Source: Macrostomum lignano
Lineage: Eukaryota
Assembly (NCBI GenBank): GCA_002269645.1
Contig: NIVC01002085.1
Location: forward strand, 1 to 64,000
Direction of reading: 5' to 3'
Length of the DNA: 64,000 bases
Part shown: positions 50,433 through 63,639 of the stretch, piece by piece
Layout: every line of letters begins with the position of its first letter
How positions within the stretch are numbered: position 1 is the stretch's first letter
Made by a program: the position numbers and the translations under genes
The notes under the pieces: model-generated
What the model was told of the DNA's origin: nothing
The model's database searches: none
Seen by the model: the letters and a program-made list of their open reading frames with translations, nothing else

Positions 50433-51364
50433 GAGACAGGCAGGCACTGCAGACCGACGGGAAGCAAACAGCAGGTGAAAGGGTGCCAGCAGAGCAGTGC
50501 AAGTCAGGCATATAATTTGTCGCCAGCCTCATCTCAGTCGCGTGCGTGTCTGGCCCGAAGCCATTCCAATATATATTTTTTTTACTTTTTTCCATTCTTC
50601 TATATTTTATATTCTCGTGATCTCATGCCAGCCTGGGCGCCCCTGATCCGGGATGTGATCTGGGACCTGCGGAAGTGGCATGAGAAGGGGTTGAGCAGGC
50701 GCGGGTTAGGCCGCTCAGGCTAGTCGTTCGCCAAGAGGCAGTGGGGTCTCGGCTCTCGCGAGAAATGCTTTAATAGGATGAATAAGAATGAATAGAAATC
50801 CTTCGCTAGAATGCTTTCATTACTAAAAAATTAAAATTGACCACAAAACTCCCTATTTTATAAGTTGTGAGCCCCCTATAGTTGATTTTCCGTATTTTCA
50901 CACCAGCCTTAGCTCTAGCAATTTCGAGTATGAAGGATGAAAGTGAAAAGCAAGATGTCGAGCTTAAATTAAGGCAGTGCCAAGAGGACCGACTTGTCTT
51001 CACTTTGGTAAAAAGCTTCATAAATTATTTACAAATACTTCCTCTAACTGGCTGAGTGCTTTGTCAAATAAGCTGTTTTTTGTTATTTTACAGTCACGAT
51101 AATTCTATCAATTTTTCTGTCCTGGTCATGGGTACGTTTTTGCTTTTCCAAGGCCGTTATTTTCTGCCATGTAGTTAAATATGAAGAATTCGTTAAAGCA
51201 AAATATCAGTTTGACCACTTGGAACGCCGCACAAGAATGTTGAGAAATGTTGAGAAACGCTCAAGAATACTCAATTTTGCGTCGGGTCAAAATGTCTATA
51301 TCTGCTTAATTCAAAATTTCATAATTTTAACCCCCCCCCCCCGACACCGTAGGCTCCGCAACAG

Positions 51365-51763
51365 CCGTTGCCAGACAAGAATTGCGCAATCAATCCATCT
51401 CAATCGATGTCACCATCGACGCTGTACCGGAAGCTGAGGACGCGCAGGACGCTGGTTGTGACGCCGAGGTTCGCGACGCTCTTGTTGCCACCAAAATCAA
51501 CGGCTCCCCGGACCAGCAGCAGCAGTCTAGCGCAAAATCCGGCACCATGACATCTCCGACTACACCGAGGCCTGGGAGTCGGCTCGAGCTGCCCGATCAT
51601 CGCGGCGGCAGCTTTCGCAGGCGTTTGTCATCGTCGTTGCAGCAGCAGCAGCAGCAGGACAGACGAGTTTCCGGCTGCAGCGCAATCTCTGTTGGCTGCG
51701 ACAGCATGAGCATCATGAGCGGCGGCAGTCTGGCGATGTACTACCGCAATGCCGATGGGAACG
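51365..51763 (+). CDS. Coding exon of an unknown Ser/Gln-rich protein
   Basis: caacag acceptor and G|GTGAGT donor (phase 1). The open, GC-rich frame reads ...MTSPTTPRPGSRLELPDHRGGSFRRRLSSSLQQQQQQDRRVSGCSAISVGCDSMSIMSGGSLAMYYRNADGN. Confidence 0.65.
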
Positions 51764-53256
51764 GTGAGTTGTTGCGGATAGTTCGAAAAATATTTGCCTT
51801 TGGCTATACAAAGCAAGTCTCAAAGAGTATAACTTTTCACTCCGGAAATGCTGTCACCAGCGAATATTTACTGCAATACTGTCAAGTTACAGGTTTATAT
51901 GCGATTTACTCACAGTTAAAGTAGAAAGTGTTCTTCTTTTTTGGGACACAAGTTTAGATGTCCAGATCTTAGGTTCATTTCGTTTTATTTTAAGTTAATT
52001 CAACAGCGAACGTTAAAGAACTTCAGTTTAAAAGAAAACCTCTGTTTACAATGAAATCTAAGTTCGTCAGTTTTTGGAAGAAATGCATACGCTCGGGCTC
52101 GACGCTTCTGAGGGAATGGCGTAAATTAATGAAAGATATTACTTATAGTACTATACAATTCGGCTTGAAAGAAAACTGCAAGAAAATTGTTAGCTTTACC
52201 AAAGAATCTTTTCGCTACGTATATACCTTACAATTAATGTGTGTCAAAACTCCCCTGCGTCTCGGTCTCAAAAGCTTGCGCACGCGCTCCGCCCAGAGCT
52301 CATCTGCCCTAATTGACTGTTCCCTGTACCTGCAGATTGTGTGTTGCTCCACCCTAGCGACTGACTGACTAACTTGAAAAGAAAGTCTGTCTGTCTGCCC
52401 CGTCAAGTGTAAATAAGTCACGATGTGTACGTTTCATCCAGCTCGCATCTGTACCTGATCAGCCAAGCGTCAAGTATTGTTCAGCAGCTGCGGGGGTTCA
52501 GTTGGTGTAAGCTTACAAGGATTAGCGCGCGGCAGATTTGACGGAATTAAGCCCCTTCCAACAGCTGTAGCTGGACAGCTGTAATGCATATGCTTGGGCG
52601 GCCGTGAAATCCCCACTCTGTGTTGCTTTGTGCAAGTCATTTCTCCTCAGGCGTGAGGCGCGTTTTCTACAACGGAAAAATCAATTCCCTCGTGAAAAGT
52701 ACTTGATGCTCACTACAGCTTATACAGGTTTTATGTATCCATCCATATTGATTGGACTTATTGCAGACCAACAACTAAGGTGACAGAGCTCGCCAGCTGT
52801 GAAAAGTCATCACCCTCATAACACTGTGTGAGGCAGTACCGATCCATGCAATTACTTGTAAAATGGCACAGGTGCAACTTGATGGGTATTTTCGAATCGC
52901 AAGATATTCTATTCCTCTACTGATAAGTAGACTGTTAAACGTTATAATTTCATGATTAAGAATATTAACTTCCTGAGCTGCTGCTCCAAAATTTGATTGT
53001 TTTTTTTCAATTTTATCGATTTTATTTAGGTGCATACATGTTCCAGCTATGCTGCTTTCTTTCTAACGTACTTTTATAGCCAGAGTTTTTAGATTAATCT
53101 TCTATTAATCTGCATTTAAGGGAGCCGTAGCCCAGTAGCCAGCGGCCCAGGCTCGATTCCAAGTGCAGTCACATTAATTTGGGGCTGAATTGGAATCTCG
53201 GCTTGGCTCTGCTCGTGCAATTAACGGCCTTGAGAGCCAACCCCCCAAGGCGCAGT

Positions 53257-53280
53257 CAAGGACTACTTAAGTAGTCCTTG
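53257..53280. mobile_element. 24-bp palindromic hAT-like TIR dimer with perfect 8-bp TSD
   Basis: CAAGGACTACTTAAGTAGTCCTTG is a perfect palindrome, flanked by GGCGCAGT at 53249-53256 and 53281-53288. The terminus matches the 1058 element at 12/13. Confidence 0.75.
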
Positions 53281-53866
53281 GGCGCAGTGAAGTGTACATG
53301 CCTAACGATAATATAAAGTTAGGGCCGCTGTACACTCCTGTGTGAGTGTGTGCCTGTGCGTATGACTGCGTACGTATCCGCGCACTTGTGTACCTGCTCA
53401 GGGGAGTCGGCGGAATGGGCAGTAATGCCTCTCGCCGGTTGTGCGACAATGTCGCTTAAAGTGCGCCAGGGTGCACACAGCCTTCTGGTAATATAATAAT
53501 TTAACCTCTGTTTTGCTACTGACACCATACCGGCAATTATACTAGTTTAACATTAAGCTACAGGTAAGATTTAAATTGATGAAAAAGCTGGCTGCAAACT
53601 CATGATGACAATTTCTCCTCATTTTAAGCAAAATTTACTGACAACAGCTATCTCGCATGCCCCTAAAAGCAAATATTTTACTCCAGTCAAGCATAAAAGT
53701 ACACAGGTGTAACAATCACCTGCATTATATCTTTTATCGCTTGTTCTCGCCGCCCTAGACCTCCCAATGAGATCGTGTTCCCAAAAAATTTAGGCAATTT
53801 TCATCAAATCCCTTGGGGGCGGGGAGAATTCTCGAACTCATTCTTTGCTGAAGTTGAAAAGAACTC

Positions 53867-54890
53867 AGATCTCAGATCCCTTCAAGTTTATCTCAGATCC
53901 CTTCAAGTTTATCTCAGATCCCTTCAAGTTTATCTCAGATCCCTTCAAGTTTATCTCAGATCCCTTCAAGTTTATCTCAGATCCCTTCAAGTTTATCTCA
54001 GATCCCTTCTAGTTTATCTCAGATCCCTTCTAGTTTATCTCAGATCCCTTCAAGTTTATCTCAGATCTCCTCAAGTTTATCTCAGATCTCCTCAAGTTTA
54101 TCTCAGATCTCCTCAAGTTTATCTCAGATCTCCTCAAGTTTATCTCAGATCTTCTCAAGTTTATCTCAGATCCCTTCAAGTTTATCTCAGATCTCCTCAA
54201 GTTTATCTCAGATCCCTTCAAGTTTATCTCAGATCCCTTCAAGTTTATCTCAGATCCCTTCAAGTTTATCTAAGATCCCTTCAAGTTTATCTCAGATCTC
54301 CTCAAGTTTATCTCAGATCTCCTCAAGTTTATCTCAGATCTCCTCAAGTTTATCTCAGATCTCCTCAAGTTTATCTCAGATCTCCTCAAGTTTATCTCAG
54401 ATCCCTTCTAGTTTATCTCAGATCCCTTCAAGTTTATCTCAGATCTCCTCAAGTTTATCTCAGATCTTCTCAAGTTTATCTCAGATCTTCTCAAGTTTAT
54501 CTCAGATCTCCTCAAGTTTATCTCAGATCTTCTCAAGTTTATCTCAGATCTTCTCAAGTTTATCTCAGATCCCTTCAAGCTTATCTCAGATCTTCTCAAG
54601 TTTATCTCAGATCCCTTCAAGCTTATCTCAGATCTTCTCAAGTTTATCTCAGATCCCTTCAAGTTTATCTCAGATCTTCTCAAGTTTATCTCAGATCCCT
54701 TCAAGTTTATCTCAGATCTCCTCAAGTTTATCTCAGATCTTCTCAAGTTTATCTCAGATCCCTTCAAGCTTATCTCAGATCCCTTCAAGTTTATCTCAGA
54801 TCTTCTCAAGTTTATCTCAGATCCCTTCAAGTTTATCTCAGATCTCCTCAAGTTTATTACGTATCTCCTCAAGTTTATCTCAGATCCCTT
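53867..54890. repeat. 21-bp minisatellite (CTCAGATCCCTTCAAGTTTAT)
   Basis: Seen directly. Confidence 0.97.
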
Positions 54891-55307
54891 GTACCCGATC
54901 TTAGAGCATTCTAAAAATGTATCAAATGACATTGCATGCATTTTGATACCGTTTGGAAACAAGGCTGAGTCCTTAAAAGACGTTTTCGAATGCCTGCCAC
55001 ACCCTTTAAACAGTCATGCAGGCTAGATGGGTATAATTTGAGGATCAAGGCCCGCCACTGTAAATAACAGATTAATTATAATCTGATGGTGAATGCCTTG
55101 ATGGGACTTCAATCAAGTCGCTCGAGGCACTGACTCTGTCGAAAACAGTTGAAGCGGTTTAAACAAAAGGTCGGGAAAGGATAAGCAGGCCTGCTTTTGG
55201 ACAGTCAAAATGAAAAGAGCGGAGAGAAAAAAGAGAGGGATAAAAGAATTGATGATGGAAGTGTAGCTCAATTTTCAATAGGCAGGAGAAACGCGATGAT
55301 GATGGAG

Positions 55308-55885
55308 ATGAGAGAGATGAGAGAGATGAGAGAGATGAGAGAGATGAGAGAGATGAAAGAGAGATGGGAGAGATGAGAGAGATGAAAGAGAGATGGGAGA
55401 GATGAGAGAGATGAGAGAGATGAGAGAGATGAAAGAGAGATGGGAGAGATGAGAGAGATGAGAGAGATGAGAAAGATGAGAGAGATGAGAGAGATGAGAG
55501 AGATGAGAGAGATGAGAGAGATGAGAGAGATGAGAGAGATGAGAGAGATGAGAGAGATGAGAGAGATGAGAGAGATAAAAGAGATGAGAGAGATGAGAGA
55601 GATGAGAGAGATGAGAGAGATGAGAGAGATGAGAGAGATGAGAGAGACACAAGAGAGATGAGAGAGATGAGAGAGAGATGAGAGAGATGAGAGAGATGAG
55701 AGAGATGAGAGAGATGAGAGAGATGAGAGAGATGAGAGAGATGAGAGAGATGAGAGAGATGAGAGAGATGAGAGAGAGATGAGAGAGATGAGAGAGATGA
55801 GAGAGATGAGAGAGATGAGAGAGACACAAGAGAGATGGGAGAGATGAGAGAGAGATGAGAGAGATGAGAGAGATGAGAGAGATGA

Positions 55886-55936
<51 letters not shown>

Positions 55937-55957
55937 GAGAGATGAGAGGGAGAGAGA
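55308..55957. repeat. 9-bp repeat (GAGAGATGA)n ending in (GA)n
   Basis: Seen directly. Confidence 0.97.
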
Positions 55958-56379
55958 TCAGAACAGAGCAAATGCACTTAAACACTTGCAGAACAAAGCA
56001 AGTAAAAAACGGAAACTCAGCAGCTATCTGATATACTCGTAGAATTTACAGATTCATAGCACGGGTAATTCAATTGCACTCCTCAGGGAGGGGAGCGGGG
56101 CTTAGCCCAGCAAGGAAAATCACTCAGGTTGCCGCACGGTGTGTCAACAATGTTGAGAAATTTCTCGCCGTTTCTTCATCTCAAAGGCTCACAAGAGAGC
56201 AACAGGCTGTTGCGCTTCACACCCTCAATTCGTTAGTGCTTCGTGTGAGGTCCCACAAGTTAGGATCTTCTATGGATACTCGAGACTTGAGTGTACTTTG
56301 AGAGAGGCTGTTTTGAAAACATCACTTTGATATTAAGGGCTTGAATAATTTGGGAATAGGAGATTGGAGATGAGATTGC

Positions 56380-56730
56380 TAGAGATAAAATAATTAGAGA
56401 TAAAATAACGAGGGATGAGAGAATTAGATATGAGAGAATTAGATTAGAATTAGAGAAGTAGAGTTAAGAGAATTAGAGATGAGAGAATCAGAGATGAAAG
56501 AATTAGAGATGAGAGAATCAGAGATGAGAGAAGTAGAGATGAGAGAAGTAGAGATGAGACAATCAGAGAAGAGAAGTAGAGATGAGACAATCAGAGATGA
56601 GACAATCAGAGATGAGACAATCAGAGATGAGACAATCAGAGATGAGACAATCAGAGATGAGACAATCAGAGATGAGACAATCAGAGATGAGACAATCAGA
56701 GATGAGAGAAGTAGAGAAAAGTAGAGATGC
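56380..56730. repeat. 15-bp purine-rich repeat (GAGATGAGACAATCA and variants)
   Basis: Seen directly. Confidence 0.9.
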
Positions 56731-57274
56731 TGAAGACGAGAGCCGGGAGAATTCTCTTTAAGATAGGAGAGAACAGTGAGAGAACGGAGATGAGAGCTAG
56801 TGCAGACGCAGGAGACAGTGAGGAGTGACACAAACGACAGGAGGGAAGATAAGAGAGGCCAGCCCAACCACTTTAACGATAAAGCGTCTTGAAGGTCAAC
56901 TTAAGCGAGCCGCCCGCTAAGACACTAAAATGGATTGGATTAAGCAAAGTCCTCTCCAGCCAGCTAGCCCACTCCTACTCAAACCCTATAGCTACATCGC
57001 GTCCCTCCCTTGAGACGCGATGAAGGCAATGCAAATATAGTCCACACTAACAGAGCTGACAGGGCAAACCCAAGCATGGCTGCATTTAGAGCGATGGTCA
57101 ATCTTTAAACTGAATTTCGCTATTGGGTGCACTGTTGTCTCCTTTCCGGTGCACTCAGGGTTGACGGCCTCGTCTTGACCGAAATCATAGTACTATAATT
57201 CAGTTGTATAAGTAGCCTCTGCAATACAGTGGTCTGTTCTGACCTAAACTGCATTGATTACATTATAAGTGAGA

Positions 57275-60200
57275 GTCATCAGTGGCGCTAAACTGAGTGT
57301 CATCAGTGGCGCTAAAATGAGTGTCATCACTAGCGCTAAATTGAGTGTCATCAGTGGCGCTAAACTGAGTGTCATCAGTGGCGCTAAACTGAGTGTCATT
57401 AGTGGCGCTAAACTGAGTGTCATCAGTGGCGCTAAGGCGCTAAACTGAGTGTCATTAGTGGCGCTAAAATGAGAGTCATCAATGGCGCTAAAATGAGAGT
57501 CATCAGTGGCGCTAAAATGAGAGTCATCAATGGCGCTAAAATAAGAGTCATCAATGGCGCTAAAATGAGAGTCATCAGTGGCGCTAAAATGAGAGTCATC
57601 AGTGGCGCTAAAATAAGAGTCATCAATGGCGCTAAAATGAGAGTCATCAGTGGCGCTAAAATGAGAGTCATCAATGGCGCTAAAATAAGAGTCATCAATG
57701 GCGCTAAAATGAGAGTCATCAGTGGCGCTAAAATGAGAGTCATCAGTGGCGCTAAAATAAGAGTCATCAATGGCGCTAAAATGAGAGTCATCAGTGGCGC
57801 TAAAATGAGAGTCATCAATGGCGCTAAAATGAGAGTCATCAATGGCGCTAAAATGAGTGTCATCAATGGCGCTAAACTGAGTGTCATCTGTGGCGCTAAA
57901 ATGAGAGTCATCACTGGCGCTAAACTGAGTGTCATCACTGGCGCTAAAATGAGAGTCATCAATGGCGCTAAAATGAGAGTCATCAATGGCGCTAAAATGA
58001 GTGTCATCAATGGCGCTAAACTGAGTGTCATCTGTGGCGCTAAAATGAGAGTCATCACTGGCGCTAAACTGAGTGTCATCACTGGCGCTAAACTGAGTGT
58101 CATCAATGGCGCTAAAATGAGAGTCATCAATCGCGCTAAAATGAGAGTCATCAATGGCGCTAAAATGAGAGTCATCAATGGCGCTAAAATGAGAGTCATC
58201 AGTGGCGCTAAACTGAGAGTCATCAGTGGCGCTAAAATGAGAGTCATCAGTGGCGCTAAAATGAGAGTCATCAGTGGCGCTAAAATGAGAGTCATCAGTG
58301 GCGCTAAAATGAGAGTCATCAGTGGCGCTAAAATGAGTGTCATCAGTGGCACCAAAATGAGTGTCATCAATGGCGCTAAAATGAGTGTCATCAGTGGCAC
58401 CAAAATGAGTGTCATCAATGGCGCTAAAATAAGAGTCAGCAGTGGCGCTAAAATGAGTGTCAGCAGTGGCGCTAAACTGAGTGTCAGCAGTTGCGCTAAA
58501 CTGAGTGTCATCACTGGCGCTATAAAGAGTGTCATTACTGGCGCTAAAATGAGAGTCATCACTGGCGCTAAACTGAGTGTCATCAATGGCGCTAAACTGA
58601 GTGTCATCAATGGCGCTAAAATGAGAGTCATCACTGGCGCTAAACTGAGTGTCATCACTGGCGCTAAACTGAGTGTCATCAATGGCGCTAAAATGAGAGT
58701 CATCAATGGCGCTAAAATGAGAGTCATCAATGGCGCTAAAATGAGAGTCATCAATGGCGCTAAAATGAGAGTCATCAATGGCGCTAAACTGAGAGTCATC
58801 AGTGGCGCTAAAATGAGAGTTATCAGTGGCGCTAAACTGAGAGTCATCAGTGGCGCTAAAATGAGAGTCATCAGTGGCGCTAAAATAAGAGTCATCAGTG
58901 GCGCTAAACTGAGAGTCATCAGTGGCGCTAAAATGAGAGTCATCAGTGGCGCTAAACTGAGAGTCATCAGTGGCGCTAAACTGAGAGTCATCAGTGGCGC
59001 TAAAATGAGAGTTATCAGTGGCGCTAAAATAAGAGTCATCAGTGGCGCTAAAATGAGAGTCATCACTGGCGCTAAACTGAGTGTCATCAGTGGCGCTAAA
59101 ATGAGAGTCATCAGTGGCGCTAAAATATGAGTCATCAGTGGCGCTAAACTGAGAGTCATCAGTGGCGCTAAAATGAGAGTCATCAGTGGCGCTAAAATGA
59201 GTGTCATCAGTGGCACCAAAATGAGTGTCATCAATGGCGCTAAAATGAGTGTCATCAGTGGCACCAAAATGAGTGTCATCAATGGCGCTAAAATAAGAGT
59301 CAGCAGTGGCGCTAAAATGAGTGTCAGCAGTGGCGCTTAACTGAGTGTCAGCAGTTGCGCTAAACTGAGTGTCATCACTGGCGCTATAAAGAGTGTCATT
59401 ACTGGCGCTAAAATGAGAGTCATCACTGGCGCTAAACTGAGTGTCATCAATGGCGCTAAACTGAGTGTCATCAATGGCGCTAAAATGAGAGTCATCACTG
59501 GCGCTAAACTGAGTGTCATCACTGGCGCTAAACTGAGTGTCATCAATGGCGCTAAACTGAGTGTCATCAATGGCGCTAAAATGAGAGTCATCACTGGCGC
59601 TAAACTGAGTGTCATCACTGGCGCTAAACTGAGTGTCATCAATGGCGCTAAAATGAGAGTCATCAATGGCGCTAAAATGAGAGTCATCAATGGCGCTAAA
59701 ATGAGAGTCATCAATGGCGCTAAAATGAGAGTCATCAATGGCGCTAAACTGAGAGTCATCAGTGGCGCTAAAATGAGAGTTATCAGTGGCGCTAAACTGA
59801 GAGTCATCAGTGGCGCTAAAATGAGAGTCATCAGTGGCGCTAAAATAAGAGTCATCAGTGGCGCTAAACTGAGAGTCATCAGTGGCGCTAAAATGAGAGT
59901 CATCAGTGGCGCTAAACTGAGAGTCATCAGTGGCGCTAAACTGAGAGTCATCAGTGGCGCTAAAATGAGAGTTATCAGTGGCGCTAAAATAAGAGTCATC
60001 AGTGGCGCTAAAATGAGAGTCATCACTGGCGCTAAACTGAGTGTCATCAGTGGCGCTAAAATGAGAGTCATCAGTGGCGCTAAAATATGAGTCATCAGTG
60101 GCGCTAAACTGAGAGTCATCAGTGGCGCTAAAATGAGAGTCATCAGTGGCGCTAAAATATGAGTCATCAGTGACGCTAAAATGAGAGTCATCAATGGCGC
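57275..60200. repeat. 24-bp minisatellite (AGTCATCAGTGGCGCTAAAATGAG), about 120 copies, with an internal duplication of about 0.9 kb
   Basis: The marker variant ggcaccaaaa occurs at 58348 and 59212 with the same order of following variants. Confidence 0.97.
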
Positions 60201-60655
60201 TCTGATGAGTCATTTTATGTTTCTGCATCGATCGGAGAAGCCCTAATCTAAAAAGTAATTCAAAGCTTCACCCTCCCTCTCCTTGATGCCCCTCTCCTCC
60301 AGGCTCACTTTAAATCCGCAATGATTAAAATTTTATGCATATATTTACATATAGTGCATGTGTATCCAGTGGCATATTTATTCAAATTAGCCCTGAAATT
60401 AATTATTTCCTAGTCCCGACAATTATGAAGAGACGACAGACAGAGAGACTTTCCTTCATCAGTCATTCGTCTTCCTATGCCATCCAGCCTGCACTTCATC
60501 TTTATTCTCCCATTCGCGCAGAGCTTGCAGCCTCCCCAGAACCGGCTGGGCCGCCATCCCCAGCCCTCTTGTTTAAAATTAAGCGAGCTGCCGGCAAGCT
60601 TCGGTCGGTTATTAGAGAAAAAAGGCAAGCTTGCTGAGAAACAAAAATCCAACAG

Positions 60656-60985
60656 TCTCGGAGAGCATGGCTTTGACATCGATAGACGAGAATCCTCAGC
60701 TGAATCATCATCGCCCAGAATCCGTCCGACCAGCTGAAGGCTTCGGCGATGAGGCGGCCAGCTTGATGCCGCCGCCAAGCCCGACGCCCAGGCCGAGTCT
60801 TGTGGGAGGCTCGTCCAGTCCTATGTTCCAAGCAGGCAGCAGTCCGTTCTTGCAGTCCAGAGGTCGAAACAGCAGCTTGTCGCTAAGCATCACTAGGCGA
60901 ACTTCCATTTTGATGGCGCTGCAGCAGTTCGATCAGGACGGGAGCAGGGCGGAGTTTGGAGACTATCTGGAAGAATTTCTAGACG
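60656..60985 (+). CDS. Coding exon, Ser/Pro-rich, phase-compatible with exon 51365-51763
   Basis: caacag acceptor (phase 1) and G|GTGAGT donor (phase 1). Reads ...SESMALTSIDENPQLNHHRPE...RRTSILMALQQFDQDGSRAEFGDYLEEFLD. Confidence 0.65.
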
Positions 60986-61084
60986 GTGAGTGATTGAATG
61001 AGTTGGTGAGTTCTGCGAGCATGCTTTGATGAGTGATTATGAGTGACCGAGATTATGAAATTATAGCTAATAATATTGTGAGCT

Positions 61085-61500
61085 TATGAGTTTATGAGGT
61101 AATGAGTTTATGAGCTTGTGAACTCATGAGTTTATCAGTTTACTAGCTTATGATTTCATGAGTTTATGTGTCTAAGAGTTAATTAGCTTATGAATTCATG
61201 AGTTTATAATTTCATGAGTTAGTTTATGAGTTCATGAGTTCATTAGCTTATGGATTCATGAGTTTATGAGTTCATTAGCTTATGAATTCATGAGTTTATG
61301 AGTTCATTAGCTTATGAATTCACGAGTTTATGAGTTCATTAGCTTATGAATTCACGAGTTTATGAGTTCATTAGCTTATGAATTCACGAGTTTATGAGTT
61401 CATTAGCTTATGAATTCACGAGTTTATGAGTTCATTAGCTTATGAATTCACGAGTTAATTTTTTAATGAATTTTTTGAGTTTATGTGAGTTGACGAGTTG
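61085..61500. repeat. Degenerate 8/16/32-bp repeat (ATGAGTTT / ATTAGCTTATGAATTC)
   Basis: Seen directly. Confidence 0.85.
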
Positions 61501-61987
61501 TCTAATGAATAGTGTATATGAATTGCGAATTATGAACTGCATGAGTTCATGGGCGAATTGATGAATGAATGAGTTCTTGATTTCGTGAGTTTATGATAAT
61601 GTATGAGTTTGCGAGCGAATGAGTCCACGCGCGAAGATTAACTTACACAAAATTTTGTTTCCTGGCAAAATTGCAGTTTGCGAATCAACCACCAACTATG
61701 CATAGAGGACAGTGTCGAGTGTTTTAAAACATTTCTGTTACTATTTGCTTTGATCTCAGCTCAAGCACATTGCAGCGCTGCATTATTGAACAGATGATAT
61801 AATCTAGAAATTTATACATGCAAGCGAAATGCTTTTAGCTCGTTCATACGTATCGATCGCTTGACAGGGACTCCATTTGTTCACGATGGCAGCTGAATTA
61901 TTCATGGGGATAGGAGTGTATTTCTGACAAGAGCTGCTTTTCTGGTTGCTATGCAGCATTGCGTACAGCCTGTAGGAAAGAAAAATA

Positions 61988-62266
61988 TCCCGATCAGAGA
62001 TCCCGATCAGAGATCCCGATCAGAGATCCCGATCAGAGATCCCGATCAGAGATCCCGATCAGAGATCCCGATCAGAGATCCCGATCAGAGATCCCGATCA
62101 GAGATCCCGATCAGAGATCCCGATCAGAGATCCCGATCAGAGATCCCGATCAGAGATCCCGATCAGAGATCCCGATCAGAGATCCCGATCAGAGATCCCG
62201 ATCAGAGATCCCGATCAGAGATCCCGATCAGAGATCCCGATCAGAGATCCCGATCAGAGATCCCGA
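61988..62266. repeat. Perfect 13-bp tandem repeat (ATCCCGATCAGAG), about 21 copies
   Basis: Seen directly; no variant units were noticed. Confidence 0.98.
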
Positions 62267-62554
62267 AGGCGGTAAATAAAATTTGCAGCAAAGAGAAGCT
62301 TTCAAACAAGCAAGCGCAGTCCCAACCCACGCATTTCCTATTTGAAGCTCGGCGTTGCCTGTTGATGAGGCAAGCCAGGAAGAGCTGAGATTCTGGACAG
62401 AAAGTGAAGGCGACGCGACGGGGGCATTCTAGAAAAGTGAAGGAAGCAAGTCGTCAAATTTATAATACTCTATTGAGTCCGACACTGAGGGATGGCCCAA
62501 CTTATTCTGACTTTCACCTGCCTTAGCTAAGAGAGCAAGTCTTCATCCTTCTCC

Positions 62555-62660
62555 TCCTAATACTAAAACTGATGCGATGTTTGTTTGTGTGTTGCAATTT
62601 TTCTCCTAAACTACTGGCAAGTCAGCGTTGAAACTTATATGGGAAAACTGCAAATTTTCC
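62555..62660 (+). mobile_element. Helitron-like non-autonomous element, 5' end
   Basis: TCCTAATACTAAAACTGATGCGATGTTTGTTTGTG...CTCCTAAACTACTGG...GAAACTT resembles the 5' layout of Lep1-type Helitrons (TC start, TTTG microsatellite, ctccnaaactactg). A second copy is at 63931. The 3' end was not found. Confidence 0.55.
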
Positions 62661-63546
62661 GGATTGGGTTTATAGCTATTTTAATCTTTCATTTTTACAT
62701 TTTAAGATCCCTAAAAAAGCAGAAAACTGTTTTTTTAACCCTCAATAACCTTCTTTGGCCACTCTGCCTGGGGCTGCAGCCAGTTTGTAAAAATAGCCAC
62801 CCCAACCTCCGCCCGCGGGCCGCCGTGTATTGAGGGGTGGTGGGTGCGCGTGTTCCGCGTTCAATGCAAATAACCCCCCCCCGCGTGTTGGGGGTTCAAT
62901 TAAATTTAACGATTCCCCCGGAATGGGAGGGGGTTGGGCTTGGGCTGAGTGTACATAGCAGTTGTACAGTGTAAGGAGATAGCTAGGACTGTGTCGAGAT
63001 TTAATTGGTTTTATTATCGGCGGCATTCAATAGGCAGCCATGTGTATTTGCTGGGCAGTAAAATTTAATGAATAAACTTGCGAGCCTCTTTAGCAGGCTG
63101 TGAACGTACACTCGATACTTTAATGCTTTAAATCAGGAAATTTCAAGCGCTAACTGTTCCTCGAGTTTTAAACTTTCAGAGGAGAGACTTATATTACTGG
63201 AAAGATCTTGCAATACTGAGTTCGGGGATATAAGTTGTTTGCTTTAAATGTGAAAACAAAACGCACAGCATTTAAAAAACGATTTCCATACTTTTAACTT
63301 TCGGCAGTGTACTCATTTTGGAGTTCAATGGGGGTTCGACCAACCCCCCAACAGTTGGTGGGAGGGGGGGTTCAACTTTTAATTGCCACTGCGTATTGGA
63401 AGGGGGTCAGTCGCTGTGTATTGGAGGGTGGATTTAGTTTGCGCAATCTTTTTGTTAACTTTTACCGAGACTGATACTGACTGACTGTGAAATCGGTTGC
63501 GCATTCAATTAATTCAATTGGTTCAACACGCTGCTGCGTTGTAGCT

Positions 63547-63576
63547 CTAACCCTAACCCTAACCCTAACCCTAACC
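63547..63576. repeat. Interstitial telomeric repeat (CCCTAA), about 5 copies
   Basis: ctaaccctaaccctaaccctaaccctaacc. Confidence 0.9.
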
Positions 63577-63639
63577 ACTAAATCCTGAGAGTTGATTCTT
63601 TTTTACGGAGAAAATTTCGATTCAGTCCAGTTTAATGGA

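Noticed and set aside
53775-56867. (LRSLQVY)n, (SLSSL)n and (DETIR)n ORFs
   Set aside because: They are by-products of 21-, 9- and 15-bp repeats whose unit lengths are multiples of three.
63547-63576. True chromosome end
   Set aside because: Only about 5 units, with ordinary sequence on both sides.
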